IMG/VR virus record: IMGVR_UViG_3300033066_002329
Span: 1 to 64,000 of that record
Reading direction: 5' to 3' (one strand)
Source: a virus
Taxonomy: Duplodnaviria > Caudoviricetes
Length of the DNA: 64,000 nucleotides
This document shows positions 1 to 10,011 of the stretch, piece by piece. Each line of letters opens with the position of its first letter. Within the stretch, counting starts at the first letter, position 1. Under the pieces are notes generated by a model that saw only the letters and a list, made by a program, of their open reading frames with translations, was not told where the DNA came from and did not search any database. The translations under genes were made by a program, and so were the position numbers.

Positions 1-358
1 TAAATTCTTCTATTGTTATACCATCTTTTGTGACATTTACAGAAATATCTTCTCCAAATACTCTATTCATAAGCTCATCATCAAAACTATCCATTATATC
101 GAATAGTCTTAGATTAACTTTGTTCTGTTCTTCAGTGCTCATAAATGTAGCAGTCACATCTGGAGCTCTATGAGAAGAGTAGAAACCTTTCTTGTTATTA
201 ACAGAAAACTGCAATACAGTCTGTTCCCAATAAATAGATTGAACCGATGGGAATTCTTCAAAAAATGCCTTAAGAGATTCTACCAAAAAAGTTTCGGTAG
301 CAATTTGTAACTCATTATTTAAATAAGTTATCCTATCTTTAAATTGTTGCTTTGTCAT
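1..358 (-). CDS. hypothetical protein, runs off window start (MTKQQFKDRITYL...)
   Basis: Manual translation from ATG at 358; open for the codons read. Confidence 0.6.
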   Translation of the reverse strand, partial: MTKQQFKDRITYLNNELQIATETFLVESLKAFFEEFPSVQSIYWEQTVLQFSVNNKKGFYSSHRAPDVTATFMSTEEQNKVNLRLFDIMDSFDDELMNRVFGEDISVNVTKDGITIEEF

Positions 359-415
359 GGTTTATAATTTTATTTAATAAAATATAAACAATAGCCAATG
401 ATTTTCCAAATGATT

Positions 416-1291
416 TTAAAGCATATCTTTTCCAGTTCCCTTTTTAATTAATTCAATCGCATCTCTTGGAATTGCTTGATGAGTGTAAATCCACACTCCG
501 TTATCTGTGTTTGGGTCAAGAAACCATTTAACCCCATTAAGTTTCTTTGTATCAATCCTCCAAACATCATCATCCCATGTTGAGTCAAACCAGTCAACTT
601 TGTTATCTGAATTTGTTGCAAATACTGCATCACCTTCAATATCTGTATCAGAAAGCCACTGAAAGCCTCTATATGGAACAATGCCATTTTTTTCTATTCT
701 CTTTCTGTTTGCTATAGCTGAAGCGTGATAAAGATATCTGTTTAATTTAATTTTACCTTCATTTAAACCATCTACATTAGATTCTTTCACCTGCTTAAAC
801 AAGCATCTATGAAATACATCATAACCAAGAGTGGGAGCAAGTTTCTTTATAGGATTATCCTCAATTACAAGATTAACCTTAAGAGGTTCCTTACGAACCA
901 ATGCAGCAAACAATCTATGATGTCCATCTTCAACAAAAAACTTTCCCTTCTCAAAAGAAACATCAATAGGCTCTTCAAGACTAATCTTTTTTGCATAATC
1001 TAATTTAGATAATCCACTTCTTTCTTGTTCATGTTTAACATTTTCCCAATCTATTTTCCACTTTATTTTAAGTTGCTTAGGTTGAAGAGTCTTGATGCTA
1101 TCTTCTGTAAATCCAAAAGCTGCCATATCCAATATATCAGTTGGCAACCCTCCACTTCTTAGTAGCTGCTCATCAGTTTCAAATTTATTAACAAAGTCAA
1201 CTATCTCTTGAGTTACATTAATAACAGGACAAAAAAGCTCTTTTGACAAACCTTCTTCAATAACCTCTCTTATGTACTTTCTTAAATTCAT
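416..1291 (-). CDS. ParB/Srx-like domain fused to ADP-ribosyltransferase-like domain; N-terminal LRKYIRE motif
   Basis: VEDGHHRLFAA (ParB-like); LYHASAIANRKRIEKNGIVP (ART/Tpt1-like H motif). Confidence 0.55.
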   Translation of the reverse strand: MNLRKYIREVIEEGLSKELFCPVINVTQEIVDFVNKFETDEQLLRSGGLPTDILDMAAFGFTEDSIKTLQPKQLKIKWKIDWENVKHEQERSGLSKLDYAKKISLEEPIDVSFEKGKFFVEDGHHRLFAALVRKEPLKVNLVIEDNPIKKLAPTLGYDVFHRCLFKQVKESNVDGLNEGKIKLNRYLYHASAIANRKRIEKNGIVPYRGFQWLSDTDIEGDAVFATNSDNKVDWFDSTWDDDVWRIDTKKLNGVKWFLDPNTDNGVWIYTHQAIPRDAIELIKKGTGKDML

Positions 1292-1881
1292 TAACTATTC
1301 AATTTAAATAAACATACACCAACAGCCTTCATGTCTGCAGGCAATTTATCAAATGCATTTTTAAATGTGCTACCAGATGTAATAAAATCATCCATAACAC
1401 ATACAACATTTGTTCCTGTTAGGTCAACATCCAAGTGAAACAAATCACTTATTTTATCTCTGTCTGCTATTTGCAAAGACCTCATTTTGAATGATGGGTC
1501 CAATTTCTTAAACCCATTCTTAATAAATGGTTTATCTATAACACTGGCCATCTCTTCAGTAACAGGACTTGTTGTTTCTACAGACACAATAACTTCTGAG
1601 CTACTCAATTCAGGTATAGAATTAAATCTCATTTGAAATTCTTGTAAAAACATTTTATATGCCTTGTGGTCAAGTTTTAACTCTTCTGATTTACGTTTAA
1701 TAGCAAGTATTGATTCTCTGTTGTTGTAGTAATCAACATTTCCGAATAAAACATATACTGGTCTTCCTGAAATTTCAATTACTTGAATTTTGTCATAAGG
1801 CTCAGTAATTTCTAATGTATTATTTGTTACATTAAAATTCTCATTAATAATTTGTCTTATATACTTTCTTAAAGAGTCCAT
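1291..1881 (-). CDS. phosphoribosyltransferase-fold protein; N-terminal LRKYIRQ motif
   Basis: VCVMDDFITSGSTF PRPP-binding loop. Confidence 0.7.
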   Translation of the reverse strand: MDSLRKYIRQIINENFNVTNNTLEITEPYDKIQVIEISGRPVYVLFGNVDYYNNRESILAIKRKSEELKLDHKAYKMFLQEFQMRFNSIPELSSSEVIVSVETTSPVTEEMASVIDKPFIKNGFKKLDPSFKMRSLQIADRDKISDLFHLDVDLTGTNVVCVMDDFITSGSTFKNAFDKLPADMKAVGVCLFKLNS

Positions 1882-4800
1882 TTTATTCCTGGTATATTCA
1901 TTATTTCGTTTCCTGCCTTACTAAATAATTCAGGAAAATTATTATATTTCAAAGTCTCCCAGTGAATAGGAGTTTTATTATTATTTAATGTAACTGCATG
2001 TGCTTGTCTACCATTAAAATTAATCATTCTACTTAATGAAGCTGCAGTTTTCCAATCTACCTTTAAAGCTTTTAATTGACCATTATCATTTATAATTCTA
2101 AAAATATTAGAATCAAGAACAACCATTCTTGCGGATTTGCCTGGCGTATTATCAACCTTTGTTCTACCTAATTCCATAAGAGAAATTATATGACAAGCAT
2201 ATAAATTTTGTAAACCATTATCTTCTTTCCCTTTAATTAAAACGATGCCTCCATAAGTCCACAAATTTGTATCATTTGATTCTTCAATCACTTCAGACTC
2301 TTTATATAATTTATCATAATCTCTATCAGTTAATCCAAAATCAATTAAAACTAATTCTTCGCCACCATCTCTCTTAACAACTCCATAAGATGAAATTTGC
2401 CCTAAATCTCCAGCTAATGCATCTGTTCCATCCATAAATTCTCTAAGAGAATCTACAAATGAATCATTATATAATCTATCAAGTAAAGGTTTTTGTAAAA
2501 AATATTTTGCCTTTCTGCCATTGTTTTCATCTTGATGATTTATTAAGTATTTTGCAACATCTTCTAAATTAAATGTAGTTAGCATTCTAAATTCAGACTT
2601 ATTAATAGGTCTTGCAAGCTCCATTTCTACCCACAAACCATCTGGATGTGAATCAAAAACTTGAGCAAGAATATTAGAGAAATATGTATGATTTCCTCTA
2701 TCTATTTCTGTATCATTTTGAGTTATACCCTTAGCGTTCTTAGCAAGTTTCAAGACCTTGTTGTCATCAATTTGATAAACTATTCTTGAAGACCCTGAAC
2801 CAAGTCTTTTTAAATTAGCATTGCAATAAGCAACTCTTTCTTTAAATGTCTTAAGAGACTTAAAATGTTCCATATCGAATGAAGAAGGATAATCTTCTTG
2901 AATATTTTCTTCTATTTGTTGACTTTCTATTGCACGTTCATAATAATCAATTAATCCATTCTCTGTTGCAAAATACATTATATTCTCAGGCGCAAAATTA
3001 ACCGTTTCTCTACCTTTAATTTCAATACCATCATAGCCAAGTTTAAGCATTTCTTTTGATATAGAAGTATTTTGTGCAAACTCTCTTGAGTTCTTATAGT
3101 TCTTAAAAATCAAATTTTGTTGAATCCATATTTCTGCAAGATTTGTATCTCTGAAAACCATAGGATTTTTTGGTTTGCCATTAACTACAAAATAAAGTTT
3201 TCCATATTGTTTTGCCATCTTCATATTACTAAGCGGCGCCATATACAAACCTTCTCCGAATCTTGCACCTGAACCATTTTCAGTATCTAATGTACCATCA
3301 GAAGATATTCCTCTAACCATTACATTTTTTCTCTTCCATTTTCTATAATCATCAAGACTATTAGAAAATGCTTCTTGGACCATTCTTCTTGCTTCGGCAA
3401 GTTGAGCATCTCTTGATAACACTTCTTTTTCTCTATTAATACTCTGTTGATTTTTCTTATCAAGATTATCCATTTCCTTATGCCAATAAGCAGAAACTCT
3501 TGCTACAAGCTTTTTCTTAACTGAATCTGGCATTATTCTCCAACCATCAAAATGTATCATAAAATCCTTAACGACTTCAGCAAGAGGCTTCATCGTATAA
3601 TGAAAATAATCAACTCCATCTGGAGAAGTTGCGAAGTCACCCTTTGTAAATCTTGTTTCATTTACAGCCTGAGTAAACCTTGCCCAAATTTCATGTTGAA
3701 GCTTCAAATATTCTTGATGTTTTTTCTTGTTTAATTCAGGGTTTGCATACACCGCCTGTCTTCCGTTGGCCATTGTATGTTTCTTATTATATGCTTTAGT
3801 TTTTCTTGCTTGAAATAATTTTGAATTACTTCTATAGTCATCATAAGCATGTTGTATCTCATGTTCTAATGTAGAATGAAATGCATACCACATTGTAAAA
3901 TATGCATCTCTATAATCATGCTCTTTTTCCTTAGAATAATCTTCAGTTAATTTATTATAAAAGTCACTATTTGGAAATAAAACAATTTCTCTTATTTTAT
4001 CATTATCATATTCAGGCTCTTTGATATGTGTATAATGTCCTAAAACTCCACTATCTCTTGTAGCTCTTGATACCTTAACATATATTTTTGTGTTAACTAA
4101 AAAATCTGAAAGTACTTGGAATTTTTTCGGATTTTCCTGGTACACTTCAAGGAGTCTTACAGGCATTACATAATCAATATATTGATTACTCTTTACCTGC
4201 CTTACAAATGCATCTAAGTTTACCTTTGCAAGATAAATAAGAGTTTCGTTAGCTAAATCTTTAATCTCTTTCACAGAATTATAATCTTCTGCAAGAACTT
4301 CTTCATTCACTGATTTAGATTCAAAGAATTCTCTAACAAGTTTTCTAACCTCATCCAAAGGTTCCATTTCATCTGACTTTGTGTGATTAATAACTTTTAC
4401 AACTCTATCACTAAAAGCAACATATACATTACCTTCAAGCCAAGCTGTTTGACCAATTACACCATTAACATTACAAAAATTGTAAAGAAATTCTGATGCC
4501 TCTTTTTTACCTCCAAGAATAGCCTCTAAATATTGATAAAGACTATCCATTGTCCATAGACCATACTCTTGAATTTCATTTTGAAATTGCTCAGCGCTAT
4601 CTTCATGTTTAGTTTTAATTAATGCATTATAAACATCTTGTGCAAGACTTTCTGAAATTTCTGAATCCCATTCATAAAATGAATCTAAACCTATCAATTT
4701 AACTTCATAGATATTAAAACCAGCATCTTTAAGTTTTCCTATAGATAATTCCTTGGCATATTTTAAGGCTGTACTTGGACTATCTGTAAAATAAAATCCC

Positions 4801-4898
4801 CAACCAAATTTAGAACGAGAATCTCCACTGCCAACTTTTGATAAATCAAAATGGTCAAATTCATAAGGAGAGCCGTGATAAAAATTTTCTAAAATCAT
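1869..4898 (-). CDS. polyvalent protein: ART-like + HExxH metallopeptidase + second ART-like + kinase-like domain
   Basis: FYHGS...GFYFT; LEHEIQHAYDD; VRG...GLYM; LGSGSSRIVY...VLKLAK...LIDFG. Confidence 0.6.
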   Translation of the reverse strand: MILENFYHGSPYEFDHFDLSKVGSGDSRSKFGWGFYFTDSPSTALKYAKELSIGKLKDAGFNIYEVKLIGLDSFYEWDSEISESLAQDVYNALIKTKHEDSAEQFQNEIQEYGLWTMDSLYQYLEAILGGKKEASEFLYNFCNVNGVIGQTAWLEGNVYVAFSDRVVKVINHTKSDEMEPLDEVRKLVREFFESKSVNEEVLAEDYNSVKEIKDLANETLIYLAKVNLDAFVRQVKSNQYIDYVMPVRLLEVYQENPKKFQVLSDFLVNTKIYVKVSRATRDSGVLGHYTHIKEPEYDNDKIREIVLFPNSDFYNKLTEDYSKEKEHDYRDAYFTMWYAFHSTLEHEIQHAYDDYRSNSKLFQARKTKAYNKKHTMANGRQAVYANPELNKKKHQEYLKLQHEIWARFTQAVNETRFTKGDFATSPDGVDYFHYTMKPLAEVVKDFMIHFDGWRIMPDSVKKKLVARVSAYWHKEMDNLDKKNQQSINREKEVLSRDAQLAEARRMVQEAFSNSLDDYRKWKRKNVMVRGISSDGTLDTENGSGARFGEGLYMAPLSNMKMAKQYGKLYFVVNGKPKNPMVFRDTNLAEIWIQQNLIFKNYKNSREFAQNTSISKEMLKLGYDGIEIKGRETVNFAPENIMYFATENGLIDYYERAIESQQIEENIQEDYPSSFDMEHFKSLKTFKERVAYCNANLKRLGSGSSRIVYQIDDNKVLKLAKNAKGITQNDTEIDRGNHTYFSNILAQVFDSHPDGLWVEMELARPINKSEFRMLTTFNLEDVAKYLINHQDENNGRKAKYFLQKPLLDRLYNDSFVDSLREFMDGTDALAGDLGQISSYGVVKRDGGEELVLIDFGLTDRDYDKLYKESEVIEESNDTNLWTYGGIVLIKGKEDNGLQNLYACHIISLMELGRTKVDNTPGKSARMVVLDSNIFRIINDNGQLKALKVDWKTAASLSRMINFNGRQAHAVTLNNNKTPIHWETLKYNNFPELFSKAGNEIMNIPGIKWTL

Positions 4899-4919
4899 AG
4901 TTAAAGATAAATAGTTCCA

Positions 4920-4953
4920 AAAAAGGAAAAAGGATAGCTAAAAAGCCATCCTT
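4920..4953 (-). terminator. rho-independent terminator after release factor gene
   Basis: AAGGATGGC-TTTTT-AGCTATCCTT hairpin followed by U-rich tract. Confidence 0.6.
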
Positions 4954-4966
4954 CTTCAATTTAAGA

Positions 4967-5647
4967 TTATTTTTTTAACAATTCAAGTTTACCCTTCATA
5001 AACTGTTTTAGACTTGTCTCCTTGCCTGTTTCATGGTCAATAACCCTATCATCTTTCTGACGGTAAGTTCGCTTCTTATCAGACCTCTCTCCACTTCCAA
5101 TTTGAGAATTTCTTTCCTCAGAGGATTCTTCTTCATATCCAGTCCTATAAAAATTATTTACCCTCTTAGTTATTTCCTCTAATGCTTCTTCCTTATTTTT
5201 ATGTTGGTGCCTTCCATCTCTAACAACCTTAATGCCAGTTGAAATGTGGGTAATTACAACACAAGAATCTGTAGTATTTTTATGTTGACCACCATTTCCT
5301 GTTCCACGTGTTGTTTCAATTTTAAGTTCTTCTGGCCTAATAACAATATTTTCATATTGTTTATTTTCCAATACAGCAACTGTTATTGTTGATGTATGAA
5401 CTCTTCCCTTACGTTCTGTTGGAGGTATTCTTTGCCATCTATGGCCACCAGCCTCATTTTTAAAATAATCTTCTACTCCATCTCCAGTTAGTCAGATAGA
5501 TACAAGACCTTCTTTTCAGTGTTCGTTAGACACAATGAAGTTATTATTTTTGGCTGCTTTGATATACATTGCAGCCATGTCCTTTACAAGGAGTTTTGAA
5601 TCTTCACCGCCTTCAGCGCTTCTGATTTCTAATACGATTTTTTCCAT
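4967..5647 (-). CDS. prfA: class I peptide chain release factor, RF1-like, lacking domain 1; two in-frame TGA codons (5516-5518, 5492-5494)
   Basis: Manual translation MEKIVLEIRSAEGGED...EH*KEGLVSI*LTGDG...GGHRWQRIPPTERKGRVHTST joins in frame to the GGQ-containing ORF 4967..5371; PxT motif. Confidence 0.9.
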
Positions 5648-5654
5648 AACTGTT

Positions 5655-6569
5655 TTATTTATTATTTGTAAATATACTACTTTTTTCTAATACTTCAAAA
5701 ATATTATCACAATATTTTATTCTAATAAGTTCAATTTGTTTATCTTTACAATATTCATTTTTAATTTTATCTCGCTTTTGGATATCTTTAAAAGCCTTTT
5801 CTCCTCCCCATTTTTCTATAACTTCAAAATGCTGTCTCCCATCAAATTCAATACAGATATTTTTATCTGGTAAATAAAAATCGAAAGAAAGTTTATTCAT
5901 GTTTTTACAATCTGAAAAGGAATATTGACTTTCATAAGTGATTTTATTTTTAATTAAAAAATTTCGTACTTCTCTTTCACCTTTTGATTCTTTACAAATT
6001 GGACAACCATTTCCCTGTAAGTGATATTTTGGTTTTTGAAAAAAACTACCATGTATTTTACATCTTATTTCTATTTTAGTATGTTGATTTACATACTGAG
6101 AACAGTATGTAAATCTATCTCCATGAATTTTTAAAGCTTTATCAATAAAAATATTATTGTTATGTAAATGAGAACTTGAACTTGCTAATCTTCCACAAGC
6201 AGGACATCCTTTTCCGCTTAAGTGGTCATGTGGACTTTGCAAAAAAGAGTCGTGTAATGGACATTTAATTATAACTTTAGATTCATTATTTATGTATTCT
6301 GCTTTAGAATAATCATATTTTTCACCATGAATTTCAACAACCTTTTCAATGAAATATTTTGTATTTAACTTTCCTGTTCCAGAACAAATTGAACAGCCTT
6401 TTGTATTAATATGGTCATGATAGCGCTGTAAGAATTCTCCATGCTCTGGACAAATAATAGTAATTTTTTGTAAAGAATTTATATATTTTACTTTCGAATA
6501 ATCATACTTATTTCCATGAACTTCTTTACATTTAAAAACTATTTCTGAAGTTGTTAATTTTTTTGCCAT
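5655..6569 (-). CDS. putative homing endonuclease (CPxHG Zn-ribbon repeats + PD-(D/E)XK domain)
   Basis: Repeated C..HG.F.Q....H....GC..C; FDFYLP...IEFDGRQHF. Confidence 0.8.
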   Translation of the reverse strand: MAKKLTTSEIVFKCKEVHGNKYDYSKVKYINSLQKITIICPEHGEFLQRYHDHINTKGCSICSGTGKLNTKYFIEKVVEIHGEKYDYSKAEYINNESKVIIKCPLHDSFLQSPHDHLSGKGCPACGRLASSSSHLHNNNIFIDKALKIHGDRFTYCSQYVNQHTKIEIRCKIHGSFFQKPKYHLQGNGCPICKESKGEREVRNFLIKNKITYESQYSFSDCKNMNKLSFDFYLPDKNICIEFDGRQHFEVIEKWGGEKAFKDIQKRDKIKNEYCKDKQIELIRIKYCDNIFEVLEKSSIFTNNK

Positions 6570-6660
6570 TTTTATTTATAAATATAACAAAAAAAACAAA
6601 AACGACCATTCACAGCCCTTATTTCAAATGTAAATTTATTAAAATAACATATTTATATCT

Positions 6661-7071
6661 ATGAATATACAACTTCGAAAATTAATTAGAGAAACAATTG
6701 AATATATTGGTCAAATTAATCAACCAGAGTATTATTTAGATGATTTTTACGCAATAGATTACAATAGTGATGTAGATGAGAGTTCAGCAATACAATTTAT
6801 TCAATCTATAATAAATCAAGTTAATAATTTCACATTTCCACTCATTGTTTATAGAGGAATTAACACTAAATCTCCAAACGAAAGAGGTTACGAAAACTCT
6901 TCATGGTCATTAGATAAAAAAGTAGCTCAAGGCTTTGGAGATAAATTATTAATTGGTATTATACCAAATAAAAACATTATAGATTTAGAACAGACTATAA
7001 GAACAAGAGTAATGAATCCAGGAGAAAATGAAATTTATGTGCCTAATTCTGAAGGCGTAATAATACAATAA
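6661..7071 (+). CDS. ADP-ribosyltransferase-like protein; N-terminal LRKLIRE motif
   Basis: VYRG...SSWSLDKKVAQGF...ENE resembles the R-S-E ART signature. Confidence 0.55.
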   Translation: MNIQLRKLIRETIEYIGQINQPEYYLDDFYAIDYNSDVDESSAIQFIQSIINQVNNFTFPLIVYRGINTKSPNERGYENSSWSLDKKVAQGFGDKLLIGIIPNKNIIDLEQTIRTRVMNPGENEIYVPNSEGVIIQ

Positions 7072-7167
7072 TTAATTATTCTGCGGCACGAAGTTCAATT
7101 ACAATTGTTTTTTTCATAGCTGTTTTATTTTTTATAAATATACAACTTTTTATTCATGAAAAACAAA

Positions 7168-7863
7168 TTATTTAAAAATTTTTTCTAAAATTTCTGTTTC
7201 CTTAACCACTCTATCCCAATGAACCTTTTTAAGTTTCTTTCCCCACGCAGTATTAAATTCGATATCTTCAATAAATTTTTTTTGAGCTGGAATAAAATCT
7301 TCAAAACTTTTTCCAAATTCTTGAGATAATCCAAATACGCTTTGATGAATCCAATTATACATCATTACTTGCACAATATCCGCATCTCTAATAATCTCTT
7401 GATAAATATTTAAATCTTTCTTATCAATTACATAAGGATATTGAGTAGCATCCAATATCTCAGAAATAAATTTAAAATCTGCATCGACTTTTTCTTCTTT
7501 CAAAAATGTTTCTACTCCCTTTTTCGCTTCTTTGATATTTTTATCATCAGTAGTCTTACCTGCAGAATGATTAAAGTCATGAAAAATAGCTGCAATAAGC
7601 ATTTCTTTCATCATCTTATCTTCTGTAGTTGTTTCTTCACTAACACCATCATATACAGCCTTTGTAACAGTTAAAAGATGATTAAGATTATGATATGGAG
7701 CGCTGTTTGATTTATTATTTTTTATAATAAATTTAAAAGCTTTCTTCAAATAATCAAATTTATTAATTATCTCAATAGTTGATAAATCTTGTTTAGATGT
7801 AAATTTATTTTCAACCAATCCAGCAAGAATTGCCATCTTATTTTTTTCGTTTTCCATATTCAT
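7168..7863 (-). CDS. HD-domain phosphohydrolase
   Basis: PYHNLNH...AAIFHDFNH...DAD. Confidence 0.8.
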   Translation of the reverse strand: MNMENEKNKMAILAGLVENKFTSKQDLSTIEIINKFDYLKKAFKFIIKNNKSNSAPYHNLNHLLTVTKAVYDGVSEETTTEDKMMKEMLIAAIFHDFNHSAGKTTDDKNIKEAKKGVETFLKEEKVDADFKFISEILDATQYPYVIDKKDLNIYQEIIRDADIVQVMMYNWIHQSVFGLSQEFGKSFEDFIPAQKKFIEDIEFNTAWGKKLKKVHWDRVVKETEILEKIFK

Positions 7864-7892
7864 TTATACGATTTTAAATGTGAATAGTTACA
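7864..7892 (-). promoter_or_regulatory. ECF-sigma-type promoter TGTAAC-N16-CGTATAA (one of 11 copies)
   Basis: Exact 16-nt spacing shared with 10 other sites; abuts ATG of HD gene. Confidence 0.65.
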
Positions 7893-7895
7893 AAT

Positions 7896-7926
7896 AAAAA
7901 ACCCCCAGGTGTTACCTGAGGGCTTT
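7896..7926 (-). terminator. rho-independent terminator downstream of large ncRNA
   Basis: GCCCTCAGGT-AAC-ACCTGGGGGT + T run. Confidence 0.75.
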
Positions 7927-7944
7927 CAATTTTAAAAACTTGAG

Positions 7945-8842
7945 ATTACGGTTTTTAGTCCCGAACTTTGGTGGGATTATGTATTCCCCATTAGTCTTTA
8001 TCCAGGTATCTTGCGATACCTATTCGGTAGTCCTGATGAGCTAACGGCCATCACTCTTATCAATTGCTTCTATTCTGCAGATACTTCTCCTATACGATGA
8101 TGCCGCACCATATAAAACTTTCACTACAATCCGCCAAACTTTGTGAGTCTAAACGTTCCTAATTCAATCTTTCGAATGTTAGGATATGAAGAACCTTTCG
8201 AAGACAATCGTGTACGGGGTTTTTACTTTGTGTTATTTTAAACATAAATAGTAGCCTTCCAAGGGCAACTTTCCATCTTTCGATAAAAAGGGTTTCATAA
8301 TGCTCGCTAAGAGACGTACCCGTACAGGGTTGGCTCGGTTCCTTTTGAGAACGGAATACCACTACGCCTCTCTGTAGATGCTGACCGCATCCCACTAATT
8401 AATTTTATACTCTCCATTTGCATCATCCCGTCAAAGATAGCCTTAAATGGTGACGTAAGTATAAAACCTTTTTGACTTATAGCACTTGCCTTGCCTGACT
8501 TGCACAATAAATCTCGACTTTCTTATTTAGATATCCCTATCCTCAACACCACGTCATTATACATGATGTATTTCTCTCATCCATTAAGACATTGAGAAAT
8601 ATACTTATCTTTTGCTTGGTTGTCCTATCCAATGTATTACTACACTGACAAGGCGGAAGTTTGCAAACTCCCCTTTATTCACCATTACTGGGTTTATCTT
8701 TCCCCAGATAATTCCTCTTTCGAGAAACTATCTGTTGAGCCACCTTACGATGACTCAGGACATTGTATAACCTTTCGACTATACCAGGCCCCATGCGACC
8801 TGAATTTTTTTCAATATTTTAAAGAACGTTTCGTTTAATTTT
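7945..8842 (-). ncRNA. large (~0.9 kb) structured non-coding RNA, GOLLD/ROOL-like candidate
   Basis: GC-richer, no credible ORF, many GNRA-capped hairpins, own promoter and terminator, next to tRNA-like genes. Confidence 0.65.
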
Positions 8843-8848
8843 CTTTTG

Positions 8849-8880
8849 CAAATATATGATGACTTTCATCCAAATGCAAA
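8849..8880 (-). promoter_or_regulatory. Bacteroidota primary-sigma promoter TTTG-N20-TATATTTG
   Basis: Matches the -33 TTTG / -7 TAnnTTTG consensus. Confidence 0.75.
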
Positions 8881-8948
8881 TTTATTTTTGTTTTTTTTCT
8901 ATTTTTTTTATAACTAACTGTAAATCAAATAGAAAAAATAATAACGTC

Positions 8949-9030
8949 TGGTAATGGAGGACAACTCATTTCACTTATCCACATTTTTGCGAACATGGTG
9001 CTACTTTACTCTGTCCTTTATTCACTACCA
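8949..9030 (-). ncRNA. small structured RNA candidate
   Basis: Terminal stem TGGTAGTG/CATTACCA and inner stem AGGACA/TGTCCT. Confidence 0.4.
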
Positions 9031-9054
9031 ATATTTTAAAGAACTTATTAAAAA

Positions 9055-9187
9055 AAAGCCACAAGTAAAGCGTAGTGCAAGCGTCTCATGGACTCCTACT
9101 TTTTTCGATACTGATTTTGCATGTCCATCCTTCCTATTTTGTCTGCGCTATTTAAGGACCACCAAAGGCGATTGAACACGTAGCTTT
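9055..9187 (-). ncRNA. rod-like structured RNA candidate
   Basis: AAAGCTACG/TGTGGCTTT terminal stem; ATGGAC/GTCCAT inner stem. Confidence 0.35.
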
Positions 9188-9195
9188 TTAAATTT

Positions 9196-9216
9196 GCCTC
9201 CCAGGAGGGGTTCGAA
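9196..9216 (-). pseudogene. isolated 3-prime tRNA fragment (T-loop + acceptor strand)
   Basis: TTCGAAC-CCCTC-CTGGGAG-G at edge of endonuclease gene. Confidence 0.45.
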
Positions 9217-9247
9217 AATTTATTTTATATTTATATATAAATTATTT

Positions 9248-9928
9248 ATGAAATTACTTTACACAGAACAACAGTTTATACAAGCAAGAGGAAAAGAAGA
9301 ATTACCTTTAAAATGCTATTGTTGTTCAAAAACTTTTTATCTATCAAAAAAAAGAATTAAAGATTGTCTTAATCCTAAAGAAAATAGACAAGGAAAATAT
9401 TGTTCTCCAAAATGTCAATCCGATTCTACAATCAAATATTCAATTTTAAATTGTTTAGTGTGCAAAAAAGAATTTAAAAAAACGCAATCTGAAATTAAAA
9501 AAACTGTATCAGGTAATCATTTTTGCTCTAAATCTTGCTCAGCAACTTATAATAATACTCATAAGACAACTGGCACAAGACGCTCAAAACTGGAAAAATA
9601 TCTTGAAGAACAACTTATCACTCTTTATCCAAATCTATCTATTGATTTCAACAAAAAAGATACAATCAATTCTGAACTTGACATTTATATTCCATCGCTA
9701 AAACTTGCATTTGAACTAAATGGTATATATCATTATGAGCCAATTCATGGCCAATGTAAATTAAGTCAAACACAAAATAATGACCAACGCAAATTTCAAG
9801 CTTGTGCAGAAAATGGTATTTCACTATGTATTATAGATACCTCTAAGCAAAAGTACTTTAAAGAAAGTACCAGCCAAGAATTTCTAAATATCATAATTAA
9901 TATCATAAATAATAAATCAAAGAACTAA
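9248..9928 (+). CDS. PD-(D/E)XK homing-type endonuclease antisense to tRNA cluster; paralog of 41940..42605
   Basis: Cys-rich N-terminus; RRSKLE...ELDIYIPSLKLAFELNG; likely start ATG 9248. Confidence 0.8.
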   Translation: MKLLYTEQQFIQARGKEELPLKCYCCSKTFYLSKKRIKDCLNPKENRQGKYCSPKCQSDSTIKYSILNCLVCKKEFKKTQSEIKKTVSGNHFCSKSCSATYNNTHKTTGTRRSKLEKYLEEQLITLYPNLSIDFNKKDTINSELDIYIPSLKLAFELNGIYHYEPIHGQCKLSQTQNNDQRKFQACAENGISLCIIDTSKQKYFKESTSQEFLNIIINIINNKSKN

Positions 9929-9929
9929 G

Positions 9930-10003
9930 CTCTCCTGACAGGACTCGAACCTGCAACCTCTGATGTTAGGGCACCAGCCGTCTACCAGTTGAAATACAGG
10001 AGA
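9930..10003 (-). tRNA. atypical tRNA-Arg(CCT)-like, 8-nt anticodon loop GCCCTAAC
   Basis: Acceptor TCTCCTG/CAGGAGA; T-arm GCAGG TTCGAGT CCTGT; weak D-stem. Confidence 0.55.
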
Positions 10004-10011
10004 ATAATTTT

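Noticed and set aside
5450-5518. Selenocysteine at the release-factor UGAs
   Set aside because: No convincing SECIS hairpin 3-prime of either UGA, positions are not catalytic Cys equivalents, and no tRNA-Sec or sel genes seen
8159-9175. Short ORFs 8159..8395, 8307..8507, 8620..8838 and 8954..9175
   Set aside because: They overlap hairpin-dense RNA elements, have atypical composition and no motifs; treated as shadows of ncRNAs
9930-10003. Amber suppressor (CTA) reading of the GCCCTAAC loop
   Set aside because: Placing CTA at 34-36 breaks the anticodon stem; the neighbouring half-gene indicates Arg(CCT) origin
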